IMG/VR virus record: IMGVR_UViG_3300032893_000021
Location: 1-64,000 of that record
Source of the DNA: a virus
Strand: one strand, 5' to 3'
DNA length: 64,000 nt
Shown here one piece after another: positions 19,472-29,047 of this stretch (positions are counted from its first letter, which is position 1; each line of letters opens with the position of its first letter). Under the pieces are notes generated by a model. It searched no databases and had not been told where the DNA came from. It worked only from the letters and a program-made list of their open reading frames with translations. The position numbers and the translations under genes were made by a program.

Positions 19472-19926
19472 ATGCTCGCCGGGCTGCGCGCCGGGGACCG
19501 GGCCCTCCTCCCGAACGGGACGGCCGTCACGGTCGTCCACCGGTACGCCGAGCGCGGCAAGTGGCTCGCGGTCTGCCGCAAGCCTGACGGGACGAGGGGC
19601 ACCTGGCCGCTCGCCTCGCTGCGCCCGGCCCCGGCGGCGGGCCTCTCGGATCCGCCCGCCGGGCTGGGGAACCGGCAATGAGCGCGATGGGCCAAGTGCC
19701 GGTTGTCCTCGGGCGCGAGGTCGGCGTCGCCGTCGTCCATACCGAGGGCGGCACCGTGATCCGGTGGCGCGTGCGCGGCGGGGACGGGGGCGATGAGCCC
19801 CGCGCCGTCATGGCCGTCGTCGCACGCCTCTTGCGCGACGCGGGCGACACGCGGGCGGCCGACGCCGTCGAGCGCGCGATGGCCCTCGTGGGCAACGGCC
19901 TAGCCGCGGCTCCGGCGGACGGGTAG
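19472..19926 (+). other. Two small hypothetical ORFs (19472-19681, 19678-19926)
   Basis: ATGA overlap chain. Confidence 0.45.
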
Positions 19927-19927
19927 G

Positions 19928-20422
19928 ATGGACGACGTGGACGCGATGACTGACCTGACGGCGCTCCCGACCGAGGCGCTGGTCGAGATCAGGGAGGCGC
20001 TGAAGTACAACCCCGACCAGCCGCGGGACGAGCGCGGGCGCTGGACGGCGGGCGACTCCACCGGCGCCGCCTGGGCCGACGCGAAGGCGCGGATCGCCGC
20101 CCACGGCCCCGGCAACTGCTACCCGGCCGCCGCCACCCTGGCGATGCGAGCCGACGAGCTCGGGCTCCGCAACGCGCGCGTCGTCCACGCCACATGCACT
20201 GGGCAGGGCGCCATCGCCGGGAAGGCGTTCGGCCACGCCTGGGTCGAGGCGGACGGCCCGCACGGCATCCGCGTGGCCTACGACTACAGCGGCGGCAAGG
20301 AGGTCGAGCTCCCGGCGTCGTTCTACCGGCAGCTCGGAGAGGCGCGCGGCGTCAGGGAGTACACGCCGCGTGAGGCGATGGTCCAGATGGTGAAGACGGG
20401 GCACTACGGGCCGTGGGCCTGA
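19928..20422 (+). CDS. Tagged cargo protein with a Cys-His-Asp (transglutaminase/papain-like) domain
   Basis: K|YNPDQPRDERGRWTAG tag, then GNCYPAA, FGHAWVE, VAYDYS. Confidence 0.65.
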   Translation: MDDVDAMTDLTALPTEALVEIREALKYNPDQPRDERGRWTAGDSTGAAWADAKARIAAHGPGNCYPAAATLAMRADELGLRNARVVHATCTGQGAIAGKAFGHAWVEADGPHGIRVAYDYSGGKEVELPASFYRQLGEARGVREYTPREAMVQMVKTGHYGPWA

Positions 20423-21900
20423 CCGGGCTGTTCACCGAGGCTGGCCGCGCCGGGGTCGCCCTGGCGCCGGACCACCGCGCGCGCGCCGAGGCGGCCAGGA
20501 CGCTCCGCTCGGACGCCCGCCGGGAGGCGACCCTCGCCCCGGTCGTCGAGCGCGTCCGGCGCGAGCTGCTGGAGGCGGCGCGCGAGGGCGCCGTCCTGCG
20601 CGAGCCGGTGGCCCGGAAGTTCGACCCGTCCGAGCCGCGGGACGAGCGCGGCGAGTGGACGGCCGGTGGAGAGGATTCGATCAGGACGGAACTATCGTCG
20701 GCGCGCGAGGCGATGGATGCGGCCAACGACGCGATGTACATGGCCGAGCAAGACGGAGACGACGACGCATACGACCGAGCGGCAGCAAGGTGGGCGGAGG
20801 CCAACAGCCGACACGAGGCCGCCGAGGACGCGCTGCGCGGGCTTGGCAAGCGCGACGGAGACAACCAGCATTCCGGATCTGCGACCAAGGCCGAGTGGGA
20901 CGAGGGGGCGCACCCCCGCGTCCCGGCCGGGCAGGAGGGCGGCGGGGAGTTCACGGACGGCGCGGGCGGCATGACGCTGGAGCGGTACCGCGACGAGCGG
21001 GCCCGGATGGAGGCCCTGACGGACGCCAACCGGGCGGAGCTCCGGGGCGGGTCCATGACCGGCCCCCCGCCGCGGACGGCGGCCGGTGTCGGCCCCCCGG
21101 CGGACGTGTGGGCGGCGTGGCACGAGCGTGCCGAGTACAACGTCGCCCAGGCGGCCGCCCAGCGCGGCGAGACGGCGGAGGAGTTCACATCGAAGCTCCA
21201 GGCCCAGGCGGCCGCCCTCGTCGACAAGTCTGACGTCAGGGTCCGGTGCACGCCGGACGTCCTCGGGAAGATCCTCGGGGACGGCAGGTTCAAGTCCCAG
21301 TTCGAGACGAGGACCTCGAACGGCCTGCTGAACCTGGCCACGCGCAGCGGCATGGAGACGCAGGCGTTCGGCTACGCGCCGCGCCTCGACACGTCCGCGC
21401 GCCCGGTCTACGGCTACATGAACACGCGCGGCCTGACCGGGGCCGACGAGGAGAAGAGCTTCTGGCTCCAGCAGTACGGCGGCGCGATCGTCCACCTCTC
21501 GGACGCCGTCCGGGACCGGACGACCTTCACGTTCGGCGACTCGCTCCCGATGTCGGGCGTGCCGTGCCCCGTCTCCGACCCGCGCTGGGAGGCGACCGAC
21601 CCGCAGTACGACCATCTCGGCTGGCACGTCGACCGGTCGTCCTTCCCGCCGGGGCTCGACTACTCGGAGCAGTACCCGGCCGCGTGGTCGTGGATGGTTC
21701 GGGAGGGGCCGGACGCCGACGCGGTCGCCGCGACGACGCCGTCCGGGGCCACGCTCGACTACATCGAGGCCCAGGTCCACGGCGGCGTCAGCGCCTCCGA
21801 CATCGCGTCGGTGGAGCTGCCGTCCGAGCCGGACCCGGCGCTCAAGGCGCTCCTCGACGGGGCGTCGATCCCATACACGGTGTACGGAGGCAAGTCGTGA
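20413..21900 (+). CDS. Doubly tagged protein with a C-terminal DUF3626-like domain
   Basis: Tags at 20617 and 20887. C-terminal GRFKSQFETRTSNG..RPVYGY..QYG..RTTFTFGDS..YIEAQVHGGV matches the DUF3626 pattern as recalled. Confidence 0.65.
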   Translation: MGLTGLFTEAGRAGVALAPDHRARAEAARTLRSDARREATLAPVVERVRRELLEAAREGAVLREPVARKFDPSEPRDERGEWTAGGEDSIRTELSSAREAMDAANDAMYMAEQDGDDDAYDRAAARWAEANSRHEAAEDALRGLGKRDGDNQHSGSATKAEWDEGAHPRVPAGQEGGGEFTDGAGGMTLERYRDERARMEALTDANRAELRGGSMTGPPPRTAAGVGPPADVWAAWHERAEYNVAQAAAQRGETAEEFTSKLQAQAAALVDKSDVRVRCTPDVLGKILGDGRFKSQFETRTSNGLLNLATRSGMETQAFGYAPRLDTSARPVYGYMNTRGLTGADEEKSFWLQQYGGAIVHLSDAVRDRTTFTFGDSLPMSGVPCPVSDPRWEATDPQYDHLGWHVDRSSFPPGLDYSEQYPAAWSWMVREGPDADAVAATTPSGATLDYIEAQVHGGVSASDIASVELPSEPDPALKALLDGASIPYTVYGGKS

Positions 21901-22127
21901 ACCAGATCATCGCGGTCCAGCCGCCGGGCCGCTACCTCGTCGCCGACCCGGCCACGAGGCTCGGGCGCGTGCTCGACACGGCGGAGCGCGTCCTGTACCC
22001 GCCGTCGCCCGTCGACACGATCGCCTCGCGCGGCTACTGGGAGGAGTACGACGGCCCGCAGGACGCCCTGTCGGGCCTGCTGGAGGGCGTCCGCGAGATC
22101 GCGGCGCCGGAGGAGAGGACCCGATGA
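21897..22127 (+). CDS. Small hypothetical protein (possible immunity partner)
   Basis: GGAGG SD; GTGA overlap with the DUF3626-like gene. Confidence 0.6.
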   Translation: MNQIIAVQPPGRYLVADPATRLGRVLDTAERVLYPPSPVDTIASRGYWEEYDGPQDALSGLLEGVREIAAPEERTR

Positions 22128-22357
22128 CCAGCATAGCCCCGCCGATCTGCGGCGGCTGCAAGCACCTCCGTGGGAACCTGATGGACCCCAAGTGCGACGC
22201 GTTCCCCGAGGGCATCCCGCGCGAGATACTGCTCTCGGAGGCCGACCACCGCACGGCGTTCCCGGGGGACAACGGCATCCAGTTCGACCCGCGCGACAAG
22301 CGCGCCGAGCGGTACGCCGCCACGCTGTTCGACGACATCCCCGCCGCCGGGGTCTGA
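22124..22357 (+). CDS. Small Cys/His-rich protein (CxxCxH...CDAFPEGIP...DHR)
   Basis: GGAG SD, ATGA overlap; metal-binding residue pattern. Confidence 0.7.
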   Translation: MTSIAPPICGGCKHLRGNLMDPKCDAFPEGIPREILLSEADHRTAFPGDNGIQFDPRDKRAERYAATLFDDIPAAGV

Positions 22358-25300
22358 GTGCCCGACCTCCTCTCGGCGCTCCCGACCGCCGACCTCGCCC
22401 GCCTGCGCGCCGACCTGCTCCGCTACTCGGAGGACGAGGCGCGGGACGACAGGGGGCGGTGGACGGCGGACGGGGGTTCGGTGGACGTCGGGCCCGGCTT
22501 CCGCACGTCGGGCGTCCCGCGCGAGTACGGCGACCGCGTCCTGTCGACGGTGGGGCGCCTGTCGGCCCAGTTCCCCGGCGTCCGCATCGCGGTCGACGCC
22601 CGGACCGGCGACGACTTCCGGGCGACCTCGACCGGCAGGGACAAGCCGGGGACGGTGACGATCGCCCGATGCGAGGGCAACGCCCTGCGCGGCCAGACCA
22701 TCGTGCTCAACGGTGGCCAGGTGTCCCTCGACGACGTCAACCCCCTGACGGCCGTCCCCGGCCCCGAGGGCGTCGCGGCCCACGAGTTCGGCCACGCGGT
22801 CGACGCGTACATGATGACGGCCGGGGCCGGTCTCAAGGACCTCGGCGGGGACGCGATGCGCGACTACCTCGACTGGCGCCAGCGGCTCCTCTCGACGCAG
22901 GGCATCCGGGGCTTCGGGTCGTCCTACTTGACGGGGCGCCTCGACGCCTCGGGGAGGTACGAGCGGGTCCGCCTCGGGTGGTCGAAGCTGTCCTGGTACG
23001 CGGGCACCGACCCGCGCGAGGCCGTGGCGGAGGCGTTCAGCGCGGCGTACACGCCCGGCAGCCCGGGCTACGACCACCCGGCGTGCGCCGAGCTCCGCGA
23101 CGTGCTCGCGAGGGCCGGGTCGGCCGCTTCGGCGTCGGGCAAGGCCGTCAAGTTCGACGACTCCGAGGAGCGCGTCCCGGCCGGGTCGCCCAACGGCGGC
23201 CAGTGGACCTCCGGCGGCGAGGCGCTCGCGTCCGAGGCGGCGGCGTACGAGGCGCGGTGGCCGAACAAGGCGGTGCTCGACACGGTCCCCGAGGGCCTGA
23301 CGCCGGAGCAGACCGCGCTCCTCGCGTCGCTCGGGCTCGACAAGCCCCAGCCCGCGATCCAGCCGGACTTCGCCGCGATCGCCGACCCGCACCACGGCCT
23401 TGAGGCGGTCCGCGAACTCGCCCGGCTGCGCGAGGCGTTCCCGTCGATCCGCGTCTCGTCGCTGGAGATGCGGATGCCGTCGACGCTGATCAACTCGTCT
23501 CCGTCGGACGACCAGCGCGTCGTGGCCCGGACGGTCATCGACTCGATCGTGCTCAACCCCAACTGGTACGGCAAGGACGGGCCGTCCCTCGACCAGTTCT
23601 CGGACGGCGCCAAGTACCACCCCGACGGGTGCGGGACCCCGGCCGGGTGCATCACCCACGAGTTCGGCCACGTCCTCGACCACGCCCTCGAATACGACCA
23701 GACCGCCGCGGGCGAGGCGTACCGGCAGTGGCGCTCCGACTACCTCTCGTCGGGCACGCGCATCTCCGCCTACGCCCGCACGAACGAGTGGGAGGCGATC
23801 GCAGAGGTGTTCTCCGCCGCGTACGCCCCCGGCTCGCTGGCCACGGGCAACTGGGGCGCCGTCGGCCTCCGGGACGTCCTTTCCTCGACCGGCGTGTACA
23901 CGGGCAAGGCGGCGACGGCCGACCTCGCCAAGTGGAACCCCGACCAGCCTAGGGTACCCGCGGGCGAGCCAGGCGGCGGCCAGTGGGAGGGCGGCTCGCC
24001 GGTCGCCGGGGCGTTCCGGTCCGCGCTCGACGGGATGCCGAGGCCGTCCGGCTCGATCGCCGCCCAGGTCGCGTTCCACGACTGGTTCAAGCAGGCCTCC
24101 GGGGGCGACGGGCAGTGGGACGTCTCGGCGCTCTCGCGGCAGCCGGACACGGGGCGCTTCTCCGCCTCGATGGCCGTCCTCTCCGCCTCGTTCCCCGACG
24201 TCACGGGCGGCGTCGGCGTCAAGGTGACGGACGGCTACGCGATCCACGCCGGGGTCGGGACCGACGCCGTCGCGTGGGCCGACTCCCTCGCGTACCCGCA
24301 GACGGTGACGCTCGAGAAGATGATGTGGGCGACCGGGGCGACCCGGCTCCAGTGGGGCGACGAGGCGTCGAACGGCTTCCACCCCGAGGGCTGCTGGGCA
24401 CCCGAGGGCGTGGCCGCGCACGAGTTCGGGCACCTCGTCGACGCCGTGCTCCGCGACACGGCGGACGACGAGAGGGTCGCCGACCTGAACGCCTTCCTCC
24501 TGACCCACACCGCCTCGGGCTACGGCGCGCGGTCCGGCACCGAGAACTTCGCCGAGTGGTTCGCGGCCGCGTACTCCCCGACGTCGCCGCTGGCGGGCTC
24601 CGCCGACTGCCGCGACTTCCGGGCGATCGTCGAGTCGTCGATGGTCCGCAAGTACGACGCCAGCGAGGCGCGGGACGAGCGCGGCCGCTGGACGGCCGGG
24701 GGCGGCGGGCTCGACGGCCTGACGCTCCGGCTCGACGGCGTCCACCCCGACATCCGCCCGGGGCTGGAGTCGACGCTCGCCCGCATGGCCGACCGCTACC
24801 CCGTCCTCCGCGAGCGCGGCCTGATCGTCAACCGGCTCCCGACGATCGGCGGCGCCCTCGCCGACACGGCGTACCCGATGCCCCAGACGTTCTACAAGGC
24901 GTCCATCAACCTGAGCTCCGCGTACGAGCGACCCGGCGACCCGAGGTGGGCCGAGGAGCCCGGGTGGTCCGTGTCGCAGGGCCCCGAGGGCACGCTGGTC
25001 CACGAGATCGGGCATGCGCTCGACATGTACAACGGCGGCGCCGGGGCTCGGGCACTGGAGGCGTCCGGGCCGTCGCGGGGCGCGTACGGCGGGACCCGGT
25101 ACGGCACGGCGGCCTCGCTGTACGGCGCGACCGGCGGCCCCGACGAGCGGTTCGCCGAGGCGTTCGCGCAGGTCAACCTCGCGCCGGAGTCGGAGTGGTC
25201 GCCGGACGCCCGGATCGTCGCCGCGCTGTACCCGCCCGTCACCAAGGCCGCGGCGCCCGACTTGACCAAGTCGCTCCGGTTCCTCGACCGGGCGCGCTCG

Positions 25301-26704
25301 ATCCTGCGGGCCGGGTTCCTCGCGGCCCTGGTCGGCGGCGCCCGGGACGCCGCGGCCGAGGCGGGCGAGGACCCGGACCTATGGGGCGAGGGCGACTTCG
25401 GGGACGAGGCGGACGCCCTCGTCGAGGGCCAGCACCACTGGATCGCCGGGCTGGCGTCGGTCCTCGCGCTCGGGCAGCTCACAGAGGGGATGCTCTCGTC
25501 GCGGGCGGGGCTCTACGCGAGCGGCATGTACGGCGCGTACGAGTCCGGCTTCGCGGACGGCGTCGGGGCGTCACGGCCGGGCTGGACGGCCACGTGGAGG
25601 ACGGAGGGCGACAAGGAGGTCTGCGAGCTCTGCGCCGACCGCGACGGGGCGTCCTGGCCCGCCGACGGGTCGTACCCGCTCCCCGGCGAGGGCGGCTTCG
25701 GCGACCAGTGCGACGGAGGCCCGAACTGCCGGTGCGCGGTCGACTACACGTACGACGGCGACGCGGCCCAGGCCCCCGACGCCCCAGAGGAGCCGCTCGA
25801 CGTCGCGGCCGCCGCCACGGCCGACCTGCTGAAGCTCCGCGACGGCGCTATGTGGGACGAGTACTGGAACTCTAGGTCCCCGGCCAAGGTCGCCGACCCG
25901 GACTGGACGGAGCTCCCGACCCCGACGCTGCTCCGGGTGGCGGCGGTCCTGCGCAAGTACAGCGAGGACCAGCCGCGAGTACCGGCGGGCAGCGCAGAGG
26001 GAGGCGAGTTCGCGTCGGCCGGTGGCGAGTCGGCCCACCTCGCGGCCATGTCGAGGATGGACGCGGCCGGGGTCGCGGCGTACGTCGAGGCCCACACGGG
26101 CACCAGGGTCGACTACTCCCGCACGGACAACTACGGTCACGCGATCCCCGACGCCAAGCCGAAGATGTCGTGGCTCCGCCCGGCGATGGCGCGGTTCGTC
26201 GCGCTCCACGAGCAGTTCCCAGGAGTGACCGTCACCAAGATCGGGTTCGGGACCGCGTCCGGCAAGAACGCGGGCAGCGTGCTCGCGTTCTGCACCAGGG
26301 ACCCGTGGAACGGGACCTCGGAGATCACGCTGGTCACGACGTACTGGGCCGGGCACTGGGGCATCAATATGGCAGAGGGCTGGAACGCGGCCGGGCCGAG
26401 CCCGGAGGCGATCATGACCCACGAGTTCGGCCACGCCGTCGACGCCGCCGCCTTCCGGGCGGCGGACCAGCAGACGGTCTACCCCGACTCCGACCTCGGG
26501 TGGCGCCTCAACACCTTCATGAAGGCCCCGGCGATCTCGGGCTACGGGCGGTCGGACGACTCCGATCTCCGCAAGGAGAAGTTCGCCGAGCTGTTCGCGG
26601 CCGTGTACGCGCCGACGGGGAACCCACCGGCAGACCAGGAGGCCGGGCTGCGGGCGTACCTCGCGGCGGCGCTCGGGACCGCCAAGGCCGCGCTCGTCGG
26701 CTAG
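22358..26704 (+). CDS. MuF (head morphogenesis) polyprotein with five zincin-like metallopeptidase domains
   Basis: HEFGH/HEIGH at about 22781, 23657, 24419, 25001 and 26420, each followed by S-x-Y...E-x-x-AE-x-F. MuF signature WRTEGDKEVCELC..GGPNCRC at about 25594-25740. Confidence 0.8.
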   Translation: MPDLLSALPTADLARLRADLLRYSEDEARDDRGRWTADGGSVDVGPGFRTSGVPREYGDRVLSTVGRLSAQFPGVRIAVDARTGDDFRATSTGRDKPGTVTIARCEGNALRGQTIVLNGGQVSLDDVNPLTAVPGPEGVAAHEFGHAVDAYMMTAGAGLKDLGGDAMRDYLDWRQRLLSTQGIRGFGSSYLTGRLDASGRYERVRLGWSKLSWYAGTDPREAVAEAFSAAYTPGSPGYDHPACAELRDVLARAGSAASASGKAVKFDDSEERVPAGSPNGGQWTSGGEALASEAAAYEARWPNKAVLDTVPEGLTPEQTALLASLGLDKPQPAIQPDFAAIADPHHGLEAVRELARLREAFPSIRVSSLEMRMPSTLINSSPSDDQRVVARTVIDSIVLNPNWYGKDGPSLDQFSDGAKYHPDGCGTPAGCITHEFGHVLDHALEYDQTAAGEAYRQWRSDYLSSGTRISAYARTNEWEAIAEVFSAAYAPGSLATGNWGAVGLRDVLSSTGVYTGKAATADLAKWNPDQPRVPAGEPGGGQWEGGSPVAGAFRSALDGMPRPSGSIAAQVAFHDWFKQASGGDGQWDVSALSRQPDTGRFSASMAVLSASFPDVTGGVGVKVTDGYAIHAGVGTDAVAWADSLAYPQTVTLEKMMWATGATRLQWGDEASNGFHPEGCWAPEGVAAHEFGHLVDAVLRDTADDERVADLNAFLLTHTASGYGARSGTENFAEWFAAAYSPTSPLAGSADCRDFRAIVESSMVRKYDASEARDERGRWTAGGGGLDGLTLRLDGVHPDIRPGLESTLARMADRYPVLRERGLIVNRLPTIGGALADTAYPMPQTFYKASINLSSAYERPGDPRWAEEPGWSVSQGPEGTLVHEIGHALDMYNGGAGARALEASGPSRGAYGGTRYGTAASLYGATGGPDERFAEAFAQVNLAPESEWSPDARIVAALYPPVTKAAAPDLTKSLRFLDRARSILRAGFLAALVGGARDAAAEAGEDPDLWGEGDFGDEADALVEGQHHWIAGLASVLALGQLTEGMLSSRAGLYASGMYGAYESGFADGVGASRPGWTATWRTEGDKEVCELCADRDGASWPADGSYPLPGEGGFGDQCDGGPNCRCAVDYTYDGDAAQAPDAPEEPLDVAAAATADLLKLRDGAMWDEYWNSRSPAKVADPDWTELPTPTLLRVAAVLRKYSEDQPRVPAGSAEGGEFASAGGESAHLAAMSRMDAAGVAAYVEAHTGTRVDYSRTDNYGHAIPDAKPKMSWLRPAMARFVALHEQFPGVTVTKIGFGTASGKNAGSVLAFCTRDPWNGTSEITLVTTYWAGHWGINMAEGWNAAGPSPEAIMTHEFGHAVDAAAFRAADQQTVYPDSDLGWRLNTFMKAPAISGYGRSDDSDLRKEKFAELFAAVYAPTGNPPADQEAGLRAYLAAALGTAKAALVG

Positions 26705-26860
26705 GGGTGCCTGGGGCTGGCCCTGCGGCCCGGCAGCGCCTAGAGTTGGGCCCTCGGTCCAGCTCGGGAGGCGAAGTTGAGAACCAGGATCGCGAGCATC
26801 CGGGTCGGGGTGGGCACCCCCGAGATCAAGCGCGTGCCAGAGCGAATAGGAGGCCCGACC

Positions 26861-27178
26861 GTGGCGTTCCAGATCCGCGACGACCAGCAGGTCACCCTGA
26901 CCGCCTCGGCCCTCGACGACGAGGGCAACCCGGCGGCCGCCACCATCGCGTTCAGCTCGTCGGACGAGACGGTCGCCGCCGTCACCGACAACGGGGACGG
27001 CACGGCGCTGCTCGTGGCGTCGCCCGGCGAGGGCGGCCTCGGCACGGCGACCGTCACGGCGACCGTGACTGACCTGTCCGGCGACGCAGTCATCACCGGG
27101 ACGTTCGACGTCGAGGTCGTGGCGGGCGACGCCGTGACCGTGAACATCACCCCCGGCGCGCCCGAGCCGAAGGCATAG
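26861..27178 (+). CDS. Small Ig-like (Big-type) virion protein
   Basis: AGGAGG SD, GTG 26861; VTLTASALD..FSSSDETVAAV..GTATVTAT. Confidence 0.65.
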   Translation: MAFQIRDDQQVTLTASALDDEGNPAAATIAFSSSDETVAAVTDNGDGTALLVASPGEGGLGTATVTATVTDLSGDAVITGTFDVEVVAGDAVTVNITPGAPEPKA

Positions 27179-27181
27179 CCG

Positions 27182-28094
27182 TCAGGGGCGGCGCCCCGTC
27201 ATCTCCGAGAGCCGGGCGGCCGTCATCGGCCCGGCCGTCCGGCCAGAGCATCCCTGGCACCTCCCGCCCGGCGTCCCGGGCCGGATCGTGACCATGCAGG
27301 ACGGGGACAGGCACCGCCGCGTCTCGCGCTCGACCCAGGCGCGCGCCCGGGCGGTCGAGCGCGCCCCCACGTAGCCTCCGTGGACCCTGCAGACCCAGAC
27401 GTCCGTCCGGCGGACGTACGGGCGCTCCGCGCGGGCCGCGGTCCCGGCCGGTACGACGCGCCACCACGGGGAGGCCGCGGGCCACCACGCCGAGCAGGCG
27501 GCGCACCATCTGACCTCCCGGCCGCCGACCGTCCGCGTCACGTCCGGGTCCCCGGCCGCCGGGACGGCTTCATCCAGACTGGGCGGCCGTACCGGGGCTC
27601 CGCCTCCCCCCCGGGCTCCGCCTCCCCGGGCTCCGCCGGGTCGTAGCCCTCGAGCCGGGCGAGCGCGCGGTACCGCTCCGGCAGGGAGCCAGCGTCGCCC
27701 GTGTCGAGGAAGCGGCGGATGGCCGCCGTCTCGGCCGGGGTATGGGCCCGGAAGGCCCAGCCGTGGACGACGCGGTTGCGGCGCCGCTGCTCCAGGGCGG
27801 CGGGCGAGCCCCTACCCGGCATCCCGGTCGCCTCCCTCGTCGTCCGGGTCGTCGGGGTCCGGCTGTCGGTCCGCCACCTCCTGCGCCCGAGCGAGCTGCG
27901 CGACGATCGGGTCGGGCCCCTCGGCCTCCCAAAGGCGCTGGCAGAGCTCCCACGCCTGGTCCTTGAGCCGCCCGGCGGCCTCGTTGCCGGGGCGGTTGTA
28001 GCCGCCGCGCCTCCATGCCTCGAGCCGCCGCCGCTGCCGGGCCTCGGCCCGGCGGGCGACGATCTGGAGGCGGCGCGCCGAGACCATGTCCATC
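27182..28094 (-). other. Three small minus-strand ORFs (28094-27812, 27822-27538, 27541-27182 Cys-rich)
   Basis: GGAGG/GGGAGG SDs; overlapping chain. Confidence 0.55.
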
Positions 28095-28109
28095 GTCCCC
28101 CTCCTCCTT

Positions 28110-28919
28110 CTACCGGGCCAGGACGAACGCTCGGGCCTTGTTGACGACCAGCGGGAGGTCGTCGGGGCCCTTGACGTAGGGGCTGATCCAGATCTGCCGG
28201 TGCAGGTTGAGCGTCGAGTACCACTGGTTCCGCCAGTGCCCGCCCACGATCCAGCGGTGGCTCCATTCGACGTGCCCGTGCTCGGGCTCGTGCTCCGGCC
28301 CCGCCGGTCGCCGGAGGCGGACCACCGTGACGTACTCGTGGGGCAGGCGAACCCGCTCCGCCCGGCGCAGATAGGCCCGCGGCGGGCGCTCCTTGGTCCA
28401 GACCGCCATGGTCTGGTTGAGCAGCCGCCAGACCGCCTGAACCTGCGTCTGGACCTTGAGGTGGCCACGGTTCGGGAGGCCCTCCGGGATCATCGCCCCG
28501 ATGTCCCAGAGGACGGTGTGAGTCGGCACCCAGCGGCTGGCCCGCCGGGCCTCCCGGGCCGCCGCCGGGTCCTGCGCGTCGAGTTCATCCGGGACGTCCT
28601 GATCGTGGTAGAGCGTCAGCATGACGCTGGCCCCGTTGGCCTGCCACGCGGCGACCGACCACGTCAGGGTGGCCGCCGGGACCTCCGAGCCGTCCACGCG
28701 GATGCGGACCTCGCCGGGCTCCGGTGTGATCGACAGCGGGCGGGGGAAGATGACGAGCCCGTTGCGGGTGATCAGGTCCTCCTCGATGAGCGGCTTGGGC
28801 CGGAAGCCGTCGATCGCGGCCTCGACCACCTTCATCATCTCGGGCTCGACCCAGACCGGCTCCGCGTTGAACACCCGGGTGGCCTCGGACCGGGCCCACC
28901 AGTCGGCCATCCAGATCAT
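28110..28919 (-). CDS. Phage hypothetical protein (HRWIVGGHWRNQWY..IWISPYVKGP); N-terminus possibly in the 29044-28916 frame
   Basis: Strong coding pattern; the C-terminal motif is recalled from other phage proteins. Confidence 0.65.
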   Translation of the reverse strand: MIWMADWWARSEATRVFNAEPVWVEPEMMKVVEAAIDGFRPKPLIEEDLITRNGLVIFPRPLSITPEPGEVRIRVDGSEVPAATLTWSVAAWQANGASVMLTLYHDQDVPDELDAQDPAAAREARRASRWVPTHTVLWDIGAMIPEGLPNRGHLKVQTQVQAVWRLLNQTMAVWTKERPPRAYLRRAERVRLPHEYVTVVRLRRPAGPEHEPEHGHVEWSHRWIVGGHWRNQWYSTLNLHRQIWISPYVKGPDDLPLVVNKARAFVLAR

Positions 28920-29047
28920 GCCCTCGCCGTCGACGTCCTGACCGCGGTGGCGGCCATCCATCTGCGGGCGAACCGCTCGCCCACGTCGCTCGCGAGGAAG
29001 TTGTAGATGTCGATCTGCACGTCGAGCGCGTCCTGCCAGCCCATCGC

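Noticed and set aside
27593-27640. Short tandem repeat gggctccgcctcccc
   Set aside because: Encodes a low-complexity EPGEAEPGGEAEP linker in a small ORF; no sign of a separate function.
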